Source of the DNA: Candidatus Latescibacterota bacterium
GTDB taxonomy: Bacteria; Latescibacterota; UBA2968; GCA-2709665
Assembly (NCBI GenBank): GCA_965248435.1
Contig: OZ252100.1
Span: 3,744,001-3,808,000, forward strand
Direction: 5' to 3'
Length of the DNA: 64,000 nucleotides
This document shows positions 49,427-58,334 of this stretch, in pieces. The position numbers and the translations under genes were made by a program. The stretch's first letter is position 1. Each line of letters opens with the position of its first letter. The notes under the pieces were generated by a model. That model was not told the origin of the DNA. It was given only the letters and a program-made list of their open reading frames with translations, and did not search any database.

Positions 49427-50614
49427 ATGAAGGTAGACCTCCAGCAACTGAAAGAAGATGGGTTCATCATCCTGCGCGAGGTGATCCCGCCGGATCAACT
49501 CGAGGGGCTGCGGAAAGATTTCGAGACGCTGGTCGATCGGCAGCGGGAGATCTGGGCGCGGGACCGAGAACAGGGAGACCCTCCGGGCGGAGTGTGGGAG
49601 ACCGATCCGCAGCCCCGGCTGAGGGCATGGCAGAACCTGATCGACGAAACGACCGCCGGCACGATGGAGTTCTGCCTGCACGAAAACACGATGGGTGTCA
49701 ACCGTCAATTGATGCAAGCCGAGGAAGCGTCGAACACAGGCATCTTCATGATGTGTAACCCGGTGCGCGACCACGGGCCGGCGAAGTGGCATCGCGACAT
49801 CCATCCGATAGACGAAGGGCCGCTTCGCGGCCTGCAGATCGACCTGCTCGAAAACGCTCCGGGCTATCTGCAGTGGAACATCCCCCTGTATGACGACGAT
49901 GTACTTTGGGTCATTCCCGGAAGTCACCGTCGATCGAACACCGACGCGGAGAACTGCCAGCTGGACGAGGACCCCTGTGTCCCCCTCCCGAATGGCCTTC
50001 AGGTGGAGCTGGAGGCCGGCGATGGGGTGGTGTATACGAATACGATCCTCCACTGGGGCAGCAACTACAGCACCAAGCTGCGCAGAACAGTCCATCTGGG
50101 CTACCGTTCATTCGGCGGCCCGGTCTTTCCCTACGTCCCCGGCTTTGTTCGAGACCTCGGATTCACCCGATATCTGTCGGAATCCGGCCGCCAGCTGTAT
50201 GATCGACTCGCGGCGTTTTATGCGGAGGAGTGCGATACGATCACGTCGCTGCTCCGCGCGATTCTGGACAAGGATGTTGAACCCTTTCAGGATGCGCTTT
50301 CCAGGCTTCACCCTGCTGAACCGGCGCGCATCGTCTGTCTGATTCTGCTCTCGAAACTGGTCTACAAGCTTCGGTTCGGCTCTCACCCGAAGCAGAGAAA
50401 CTATCTGCGGGATTGGTCTCAGCACGAGGTTATCGAGCCTCGTTTTTCACAGGACGAAATCGATACGCTTTGGCAGCGTTTCTCGACGCTGGACGCGAAG
50501 CTCAGGTCTGATGAAGAACAGCATGTCCCGGGATTTCAGTCAGGCCCGATGGAATACGTCTACCAGGACTTACCGGCAGATTTCGACGTGGAGGAGTTCA
50601 TCGCCAGCTGGTGA
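49427..50614 (+). CDS. PhyH-family dioxygenase
   Basis: EDGFIIL, WHRD, LWVIPGSH, ILHWGS. Confidence 0.88.
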   Translation: MKVDLQQLKEDGFIILREVIPPDQLEGLRKDFETLVDRQREIWARDREQGDPPGGVWETDPQPRLRAWQNLIDETTAGTMEFCLHENTMGVNRQLMQAEEASNTGIFMMCNPVRDHGPAKWHRDIHPIDEGPLRGLQIDLLENAPGYLQWNIPLYDDDVLWVIPGSHRRSNTDAENCQLDEDPCVPLPNGLQVELEAGDGVVYTNTILHWGSNYSTKLRRTVHLGYRSFGGPVFPYVPGFVRDLGFTRYLSESGRQLYDRLAAFYAEECDTITSLLRAILDKDVEPFQDALSRLHPAEPARIVCLILLSKLVYKLRFGSHPKQRNYLRDWSQHEVIEPRFSQDEIDTLWQRFSTLDAKLRSDEEQHVPGFQSGPMEYVYQDLPADFDVEEFIASW

Positions 50615-50667
50615 TGACGTATTTGGCTTTCGGATGGGCGTGTATCACCAAGGTCCACAACCCGATT

Positions 50668-50833
50668 TGTCATTCCGAGCGCGAGCGACGGAATCTCAAC
50701 ACGTGACGGAGCAGCTGCATCTTCAAGATATTGTTAAGTGAATACTTTCCTCCTGAGATTCCTCGTCGCCGTAATTCGCCAGGGTTTTTAAGAAAGGCAT
50801 GATTCGACTCCGTAAAGGCTCCTCGGAATGACA
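50668..50833. repeat. TGTCATTCCGAG...CTCGGAATGACA palindromic repeat (second copy 52934-53096)
   Basis: 12-bp terminal inverted repeat with internal ggaatctc/gagattcc pairing. Confidence 0.85.
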
Positions 50834-50874
50834 GGTTCCTACAAGGTGTATTGTGATGTAGAACGGAGGCTGAG

Positions 50875-52899
50875 ATGCAGGCCACATTCGACGCGTTCTT
50901 GAAGCTGGCCCCGCCTTCACTGGCTGGGTTCATCGAGCGAACGGAGCTGTTTTCGGTGATGATGGGAGAATCGGCCGTTTCGTGGACGGAGGACCAGGTC
51001 GAGCAGGTATCGGAGAATACCTGGGAGCTCGGGTTCAGCAGCGACGCCGGGCTGGATGCGATCTGCCACGTGGAGGTCGTTCCGGAGTACGGCGCGGTGG
51101 AATACCAGCTCACGCTGACGAACACCTCCGCAGAGCGCTCCAAGCCGATTTCGGACCTGTGGGCGCTGAGCCTGACGCTGTCCGGGTTCGAGGGCATTCC
51201 TAAGATCGTGAGCAGCTCTGGTGGTGCCTACGGGAAGCTCCAGGGCTATCCGGGGAGGGAGGCCTGGTGGGTGCGCACGGATATGCCGATGTCGGGGTTC
51301 GGACCTGAGTTCAGCCACGGGCCGGCGGACGGCGTTTCCTCGGACCAGGATCTACCGATCTTTCTGGCCACGGCGGGCGCCCAGCCGGATGCACCAGGAC
51401 TCTTTCTGGGCCTGGAGTGGTCCGGGCTGTGGCACGCGCACTTCAAGACGCTAAACCTGGGCCAGGCGGAGGAACGGACGGACGAAAAACGGCGTTATAC
51501 GCGCTTTGAACCCGGCCTCAGTCTGAAGCTCGGCCCCGGAGTGGATGGACTGGTCCTGGAACCGGGCGAGAGCCTGAAGCTTCCGCGCGTTCACGTCGGC
51601 TTCTTCGAGGGGGACATCGACGCCGGCAGCAACGCCCTTCGCCGCTACATTTCAGGTTATCTGATCCCTCCACTCGAGGGGATGGCGCTCCCTCAGGTGA
51701 CCTATTCCTACTGGCCGGGGAACCGGGATCCTTTCACGGAGGACGAGCTGGTTCGGCACATGGACGTGAGCGCGGAACTCGGCATCGAGACCGCAAACGT
51801 GGACGTGGCCTGGGTCAGAGGTCACCATCCCAGGAGCCACGGTAACTGGCCGGAAGATCCGGATAAGTGGCCGAGCGGGATCGAGGCCTTCGCGGAACAC
51901 GCCCGCGCGAAGGGGATCGGGTTGGGGCTGTTCATCGAGATGGAGGTCGTTGCCGAGGGGACGGATTTCTGGAACGAAAAACCGCACCTGCTCTTCCCGG
52001 ACCCGCGAAAGGGGGCGCACGACTTCAAGTTCAGGGGATTCCGATACCGCCTGATGAACTACGCGCTTCCGGAAACGTGCGATACGGTGTTCGAGATGGT
52101 CAGCGGACTGATCGAGCGACTGAAGCTTAGGTACATCCACTGGGAGTGTGACCAGGCGCCCCTACCGACGTGGCAGGCCGTGGATCCGACGGGGAAAATC
52201 CAGTTCGCGTTTTATGAGGGCTTGTATTCGGTGTGGGAGCGGCTGCTGGAGCGGCACCCCGACCTCTTCATTCAGAACAACCTGGTCGGGGCACACCGAC
52301 TCGACCTGGGTGTCCTGCGGCGGTCCCACGGAGGCTGGGCCACCGAAATCATGAGCGATCCGCACCGGTGCCGCAGGATGCAGCTGAGCGGGAACACCTT
52401 CATCCCGGCGAGTCACCTCGGGATGATTCTGTCGCCCAAGCCGCTGAAGGTCCATATCGGCGCGGATGAGGAGATCTCGGACCTGTCCTGCATCAGCCGA
52501 ATGGCGGGAATGCTTTTTGTAAGCGCCAGGATGGAAGAGATCGAGGCGGCGCCCCTGGCGAACCTGAAGCACTGGATCGGGGTCTACAAGCGGTTCCGGC
52601 ATCTGCTGATGAAGGACTATTACCACCTGACGGCCCAGCCGCAGGACGAGACGGACTGGGACGCCGGGCAGTTCTGTGACGGGACGAAAGAGGGCATCGT
52701 GCTGGTCTTTCGGTATTATGGCAGGATGGACCGGCGAGAGATAAGGATGAGATCGCTCGATCCGGAGAGCCAGTATCGTGTGACGAACGAGAAATCGGGC
52801 GAAGCGGAGGAGTTTTCGGGAGAGGACCTGATGTCGCGGGGTCTTCCGGTGGAGCTGGAGGCCAATGATGCCAGGTTTTTCTCCTACAAAAAGTTGTGA
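50875..52899 (+). CDS. divergent GH36 alpha-galactosidase-like protein
   Basis: LEWSGLW, W..DPDKWPSG, GLFIEME, HRLDLG, GH36 C-terminal LDPE..Y...SGEDLM.RGL. Confidence 0.8.
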   Translation: MQATFDAFLKLAPPSLAGFIERTELFSVMMGESAVSWTEDQVEQVSENTWELGFSSDAGLDAICHVEVVPEYGAVEYQLTLTNTSAERSKPISDLWALSLTLSGFEGIPKIVSSSGGAYGKLQGYPGREAWWVRTDMPMSGFGPEFSHGPADGVSSDQDLPIFLATAGAQPDAPGLFLGLEWSGLWHAHFKTLNLGQAEERTDEKRRYTRFEPGLSLKLGPGVDGLVLEPGESLKLPRVHVGFFEGDIDAGSNALRRYISGYLIPPLEGMALPQVTYSYWPGNRDPFTEDELVRHMDVSAELGIETANVDVAWVRGHHPRSHGNWPEDPDKWPSGIEAFAEHARAKGIGLGLFIEMEVVAEGTDFWNEKPHLLFPDPRKGAHDFKFRGFRYRLMNYALPETCDTVFEMVSGLIERLKLRYIHWECDQAPLPTWQAVDPTGKIQFAFYEGLYSVWERLLERHPDLFIQNNLVGAHRLDLGVLRRSHGGWATEIMSDPHRCRRMQLSGNTFIPASHLGMILSPKPLKVHIGADEEISDLSCISRMAGMLFVSARMEEIEAAPLANLKHWIGVYKRFRHLLMKDYYHLTAQPQDETDWDAGQFCDGTKEGIVLVFRYYGRMDRREIRMRSLDPESQYRVTNEKSGEAEEFSGEDLMSRGLPVELEANDARFFSYKKL

Positions 52900-53148
52900 T
52901 CATTTTTTTCGACAGGAACCTCGCAACCTAATCTGTCATTCCGAGCGTGAGCGAGGAATCTCAACAGTCTACGCAGCAGCTGATACTTCAAGAGATTAAT
53001 CAGTGAGCATTCCCTCTTGAGATTCCTCGTCGCCGCAAATACGCCAAGTTTTTGGCAAAGCGTGATCTGACTCTGCAAAGGCTCCTCGGAATGACATGCT
53101 CATCCGAAGTGTATGGTGACGTAGTTGCTGCAGGAAATCGGAGCTGAG

Positions 53149-55158
53149 ATGCAAGCCACATTCGACGCATTCCTGAAGCCGGCTCCACGTTCTCTTTCCC
53201 GGTTTATCGAACGGACGGAGCTGTTCTCTGTGATGATGGGGGAAGAGACGGTTTCGTGGACAGAGGACCAGGTTGACCAGGTATCCGAGAATACCTGGGA
53301 GCTTGGGTTCAGCAGCGACGCTGGGATGGATGCGGCCTGCCACCTGGAGGTGATTCCCGACTATGGCGCGGTGGAGTACCAGATCACGCTGACGAACAGC
53401 TCGTCGGAGCGCTGCAAGCCGATTTCAGACCTGTGGGCGCTGAGCCTGACGCTGTTCGGGTTCGAAGGCGTTCCAAAGATCGTGAGCAGCTCCGGCGGCC
53501 CGTACGACAAAGGGTTCGGCTATCCGGCGAGGGACGTCTGGTGGGTGCGCACGGATCTGCCGATGTCGACGGTGAGGTTCAGCCACGGGCCAGCGGACGG
53601 CGTATCCTCAGACCAGGACCTGCCGATCTTTCTGGCCACGGCGGGCTCCGGGTCGGGCGCGCCCGGCCTCTTTCTCGGCCTCGAGTGGTCCGGGCTGTGG
53701 CACGCCGAATTGGGGACGTTGAACCGGGGAAATCTCGAACCACGGACGGACGAGAAACGGCCCTACCACCGCTTCGTCCCCGGCCTGGGTCTGAAGCTCG
53801 GACCCTGGTTAGATGGAGCGGTCCTCGAGAGTGGCGAGACCCTGAAGCTTCCTGCGGTTCACGTCGGTTACTTCGAGGGCGGCGTGGATGCCGGGAGCAA
53901 CGCACTCCGCAAATATATCGCGGGTCGTGTCATCCCTCCCCTCCGCGGCGCGGCGCTCCCTCCCGTGACCTACTCCTTCTGGCCTGGAAACCGTGAGCCG
54001 TTTGTCGAGGCCGACCTGTATCGGCAAATGGACATCAGCGCTGAGCTGGGCGTGGAGATGGCTAATGTCGACGTGTGGTGGTGCGAGGGCAGTGGCGCTG
54101 GATACTGGCCGGAGGCCCCGGAGAAGTGGCCGCGCGGTATAGAGGCGTTTGGGGAACACGTCCACTCCAAGGGCATCGGGTGGGGGCTCTACATCGACCT
54201 GGAAGTGATCAAGGAGGGGACGACGTTCTGGAACGAATACCCCAACCTGCTCTTCCCCAGCGCGCTGAGAGGCCCGAGCGATCGGAAATTCATGCGGCCC
54301 ACATACCGGCTGGTGAATTATGCGCTTCCCGAGGCGTGTAACACCGTGTTCGAGATGGTGAGCGAACTGCTCGAGCGCCTGAAGCAGAGATACATTCACT
54401 GGGAGTGTACCCAGGGGCCGCTGAAAACCTGGGAGGCCGTGGACCCGACGGGGAAGATCCAGTTCGCGTACTACGAAGGGTTGTATTCGGTGTGGGAGCG
54501 GCTGCTGGAGCGGCACCCCGATCTCTTCATTCAGAACAATTTCGTAGGGGCGCATCGAGTTGACCTGGGCGTGGTGAGGCGGTCCCACGGATGCTGGGCC
54601 ACCGAAGTCATGGGCGAACCACACCGGTGTCGACGAATGCTCCTGAGCGGGAACACGTTCCTTCCGGGGAGTTACCTCGGCACGATCCTGGCGCACAAGC
54701 CGCTGAAGAACCATGTCGGCACGGACGAGGAGATGTCGGATCTGTCCTGCATCAGCCGGATGGCGGGACTGTTCTTCATCAGCGCAAGGTTCGAGGACCT
54801 CGATGAGGCGCAGCTGGCGAACCTCAAACACTGGATCGGGGTCTACAAGCGGTTCAGGCATCTGCTGATGAAGGACTATTATCACCTGACGCCGCAGCCG
54901 CAGGACGAGGCGGATTGGGACGTGGGACAGTTCTGCGATGGGACGAAAGAGGGAATCGTGCTGGTTTTTCGGTATTACGGCACGACGGACCTGCAGGAGA
55001 TAAGGATGAGATCGCTGGATCCAGAGACCAGGTATCGTGTGACCAACGAGAAGTCGGGCGAGGCGGAGGAGTATTCTGGAGAGGACCTGATGTCGCGGGG
55101 TCTTCCGGTGGAGCTGGAGGCGAACGACGCGCGGTATCTCTCTTATGCGGCGGTGTGA
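53149..55158 (+). CDS. divergent GH36 alpha-galactosidase-like protein, paralog
   Basis: Full-length similarity to 50875-52899; start set at homologous ATG. Confidence 0.8.
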   Translation: MQATFDAFLKPAPRSLSRFIERTELFSVMMGEETVSWTEDQVDQVSENTWELGFSSDAGMDAACHLEVIPDYGAVEYQITLTNSSSERCKPISDLWALSLTLFGFEGVPKIVSSSGGPYDKGFGYPARDVWWVRTDLPMSTVRFSHGPADGVSSDQDLPIFLATAGSGSGAPGLFLGLEWSGLWHAELGTLNRGNLEPRTDEKRPYHRFVPGLGLKLGPWLDGAVLESGETLKLPAVHVGYFEGGVDAGSNALRKYIAGRVIPPLRGAALPPVTYSFWPGNREPFVEADLYRQMDISAELGVEMANVDVWWCEGSGAGYWPEAPEKWPRGIEAFGEHVHSKGIGWGLYIDLEVIKEGTTFWNEYPNLLFPSALRGPSDRKFMRPTYRLVNYALPEACNTVFEMVSELLERLKQRYIHWECTQGPLKTWEAVDPTGKIQFAYYEGLYSVWERLLERHPDLFIQNNFVGAHRVDLGVVRRSHGCWATEVMGEPHRCRRMLLSGNTFLPGSYLGTILAHKPLKNHVGTDEEMSDLSCISRMAGLFFISARFEDLDEAQLANLKHWIGVYKRFRHLLMKDYYHLTPQPQDEADWDVGQFCDGTKEGIVLVFRYYGTTDLQEIRMRSLDPETRYRVTNEKSGEAEEYSGEDLMSRGLPVELEANDARYLSYAAV

Positions 55159-55219
55159 ACGTGCTTCTATATCCTGATATCAGATGGCGGAGCAAATCCC
55201 CCCTGCCCCCCTTTGCAAA

Positions 55220-56541
55220 GGTTCTTCGTCAAATGTTGGGGTAGAAAATAGACGAGACAACGGCATCCGACCTATCTTCAGAGTATCCTCTATAAACCTG
55301 AAGGTAGAAAGGAGAGCGCGTTGTCTCAGGTGCAAAGTATATCCTTACTGGGTAGGTGGCAAGGGTTTGTGGTAGTTGGCATTCAACGTCAGGAAGCAGA
55401 CGTTGTTGGAGTCGAGTTACGTCCCAAGACAGGCCGCCTTCCTCGGTGTGGTGGTTGCGGGAAGAAGGCGTACCGGGTTCATGATTGGGCAGTGCGATTT
55501 GCTCAGGATTTGCCGATCTGGGGGTCTCGAACCAGGCTGATCGTGCACTCCCGGCGCGTCCTATGTCCCCGATGTGGCTGCCGGACGGAGCAGATTGACT
55601 GGCTGGATCGGTATTCACGGGTCACTCAACGCCTGGCTGAAAGTGTTGTTCGATTGTGCGAAGTCCTGCCCATCCAGCACGTGGCACAGCACTATGGGAT
55701 GAGCTGGAATACCGTGAAGCGCATTCACAAGACCCATCTCCAGCAAGAGCTGGAACCGCCGGATTTTGCCAGGGTCACGGTGATCGGCATGGACGAATTT
55801 GCGATCCAAAAGGGCCATCGCTACGCCACAGTGATTGTTGACATGGAGACCAAGCGTGTCCTATGGGTGGGTCGCGGCCGAAGTCGAGAGGACATCCGCC
55901 CGTTTTTCCACCTCCTTGGAGAAGAAGGCTGCAAGCAACTTGAGGCCGTGGCGATGGACATGAACGGTGCCTACGAAGAGGAGGTGCGATCCCATTGTCC
56001 GGATGTGGACATCATCTATGACCTGTATCACGTTAAAGCCAAGTACAACCGCGACGTCGTCGAGCGAGTACGCATCGACGAACTGGGTCGGGTGCGCGGT
56101 GGCCGACCCGATCGCAAAGTGACTCAGAACCAACGGTGGTTGCTCCTGCGCAGCAAAGCAAATGTCACGAGCAAAGAAGACAGAGTGTCGCTAAGAGAAT
56201 TGCTTTCTGCAAACAAACGCCTCTACACGGTATACCTCCTCAAAGAGGATCTCAATCATCTCTGGTCTTATCGATCCAGAGCTGCGGCCAACAGATTCTG
56301 GAATCAGTGGTATCGACGCGCCATCTACAGCAAGATCGAGCCACTCAAGAAATTCGCACGCAATCTGAAGACGTATATGCCAGGAATCCTAGCTCACTGT
56401 GACTATCCCATCGGGACAAGCCTGATTGAGGGAATTAACAACAAAATCAAGGTCATCAAGCGGATGGCATATGGCTTCAGGGATGATAATTATTTCTTTC
56501 TTAGAATCCGCCACGCCTTCCCCGGAAATCGGTGATGAACC
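55220..56541 (+). mobile_element. ISL3-family insertion sequence, copy 2 (1322 bp)
   Basis: Same IRs as copy 1; flanks tttgcaaa / tttgctaaa. Confidence 0.95.
55321..56535 (+). CDS. ISL3-family DDE transposase
   Basis: Protein identical to 41199-42413. Confidence 0.95.
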   Translation: MSQVQSISLLGRWQGFVVVGIQRQEADVVGVELRPKTGRLPRCGGCGKKAYRVHDWAVRFAQDLPIWGSRTRLIVHSRRVLCPRCGCRTEQIDWLDRYSRVTQRLAESVVRLCEVLPIQHVAQHYGMSWNTVKRIHKTHLQQELEPPDFARVTVIGMDEFAIQKGHRYATVIVDMETKRVLWVGRGRSREDIRPFFHLLGEEGCKQLEAVAMDMNGAYEEEVRSHCPDVDIIYDLYHVKAKYNRDVVERVRIDELGRVRGGRPDRKVTQNQRWLLLRSKANVTSKEDRVSLRELLSANKRLYTVYLLKEDLNHLWSYRSRAAANRFWNQWYRRAIYSKIEPLKKFARNLKTYMPGILAHCDYPIGTSLIEGINNKIKVIKRMAYGFRDDNYFFLRIRHAFPGNR

Positions 56542-56701
56542 TTTGCTAAAGGGGGGAGGTTACTCCGACTGACATAGTACCCATCAGAGAAATAGATTCT
56601 TCCCCCTCTGGAAAAGCATGTCCCGGGCTTGCGGAGGGAGAGGACTGAGGGGGATTTGTTTCGCGTAAAGTAATAGTCTCGGAGAAAGGGAGTTTCGCAC
56701 T

Positions 56702-58222
56702 ATGGAACTGAGTGAACTGAGAGCGCAGCGAGAGCAGGCCAAACACCGGAAGCGGCGGATCATCTTCAACAACGACGGCTGCGATGTCGTCTACAACCTC
56801 AAAGAGGTCAGTCCCGAGGCGCTGCTTGCCGACCGTACGACGGGACTGATCGGGTCGCACGTAGACTCGATCTTCTACTGCCCCTGGAGCGCCGGGCTGG
56901 GTCACGTGTCCTACATCAGCGATGTCGCGGAACCGTTCCTCGCGAAGACGCGTGTGTTCGCGCCGAACTTGATCGGGGCGTTCCACGAGGCAGGTCTGGA
57001 TCCTCTTCAGATTATGATCGACTTCTGCAGGGAGAACGGGATCGAGATCTTCATGTCCATGCGGATGAACGACGTCCACGACTCCCAGCTGCGGTGGACG
57101 GAGATGATTCCTCAGTTCAAGAAGGACCACCCGGAGTTACTGCACGGATCGCTGGAAGACCCACCCGCATTCGGACTCTGGTCCGGGCTGAATTACGACG
57201 AGCCGGAGGTTCAGGAGCGGGCATTCGAGCTGCTGGAGGATGTCTGCAAGCGGTACGACGTGGACGGCATCGAGCTGGACTGGCTGCGCCACCCGCCGCA
57301 CTTCAAATGCAGCGCGAACGGGGAGGACTGCACGCAGTTGGAGCGGGAGATCATGACGGGCCTGCACCGTCGCATTCGCGAGATGACGGAGCAGGTCGGC
57401 CTGAAGCGGGGCCGGCCGATGCTCGTCGCGGAGCGCCTTCCGGCCTCTGTTGCGTGCTGCGAGGCGATGGGCCTGGACGTGAGGGCGTGGCTGAAGGAGG
57501 ATCTGGTGGATCTACTGGTCCCCGGTGAGATGGAGCTGGCGCCGTGGGAGACTTGGGTCGAGCTGGGCCGCGAGCACGGCGTGCCGGTCTATCCGGATCT
57601 GACCTGGTCGGGATCCAGGCGGCGTCAGGGGCCGCCCGAGGCGCAGGACGGGATCGCCCTCAGGAACTTCCGCGCCCGGGCGATGAACGTCTGGCACGCG
57701 GGCGCGGACGGGATTCACACCTTCAACCTGTTCGATCCCTCGAGCGCGGTCTGGCGTGAGGTGGGTGAGCCGGAAGTCCTTGCAGGGTTGGACAAGGACT
57801 ATTTCCCGGACGGTCATTTTCGGTTTCTGCTGGGGCGGGAGATCAAAGGCCTGCTTCGTTTTTACGAGTATCCGACTGCGCTGGACCCGGAGCGTCCCAT
57901 GAAGCTCGACCCGACCCGGCCTTTGACGGTGGTTATGACGATTGGCGAAGACCCGTCCGGAAAGGGCTCGGGATCCAATGCCAGCGTGACGCTGAGCGTC
58001 CGCGTCGACGGTCTGACCGAAGCGGACCGTCTGGAAGTCAGGCTGAACGACCGCGCTCTTTCGAACGGCGATCTCCAGGAGGAATGGGTCAGCTACGGCG
58101 TCGAGCCGGAGCGGATCCGAAAAGGGGCGAACACCATCAAGGTGATCAACCGGGATCCGTCCAACAAAGTCCTTCTGAAGGACGTTCACGTGCGGATCGT
58201 TTATTCCAATTATCAAAAGTAG
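56702..58222 (+). CDS. GHL10/DUF187-like putative glycoside hydrolase, second subgroup
   Basis: RRIIFNNDG, SMRMNDVH, YDVDGIELDW, DGIHTFN. Confidence 0.7.
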   Translation: MELSELRAQREQAKHRKRRIIFNNDGCDVVYNLKEVSPEALLADRTTGLIGSHVDSIFYCPWSAGLGHVSYISDVAEPFLAKTRVFAPNLIGAFHEAGLDPLQIMIDFCRENGIEIFMSMRMNDVHDSQLRWTEMIPQFKKDHPELLHGSLEDPPAFGLWSGLNYDEPEVQERAFELLEDVCKRYDVDGIELDWLRHPPHFKCSANGEDCTQLEREIMTGLHRRIREMTEQVGLKRGRPMLVAERLPASVACCEAMGLDVRAWLKEDLVDLLVPGEMELAPWETWVELGREHGVPVYPDLTWSGSRRRQGPPEAQDGIALRNFRARAMNVWHAGADGIHTFNLFDPSSAVWREVGEPEVLAGLDKDYFPDGHFRFLLGREIKGLLRFYEYPTALDPERPMKLDPTRPLTVVMTIGEDPSGKGSGSNASVTLSVRVDGLTEADRLEVRLNDRALSNGDLQEEWVSYGVEPERIRKGANTIKVINRDPSNKVLLKDVHVRIVYSNYQK

Positions 58223-58334
58223 GCGCTGGAGTGATGGGAGAATGGAGTATTGGAGTAATGGAAAGGCAGGTCTTGCAACACTCCACTACTCCAGTACCGC
58301 ATTACTCCAGAATCGAACGGAGACGCGCGGCAAC

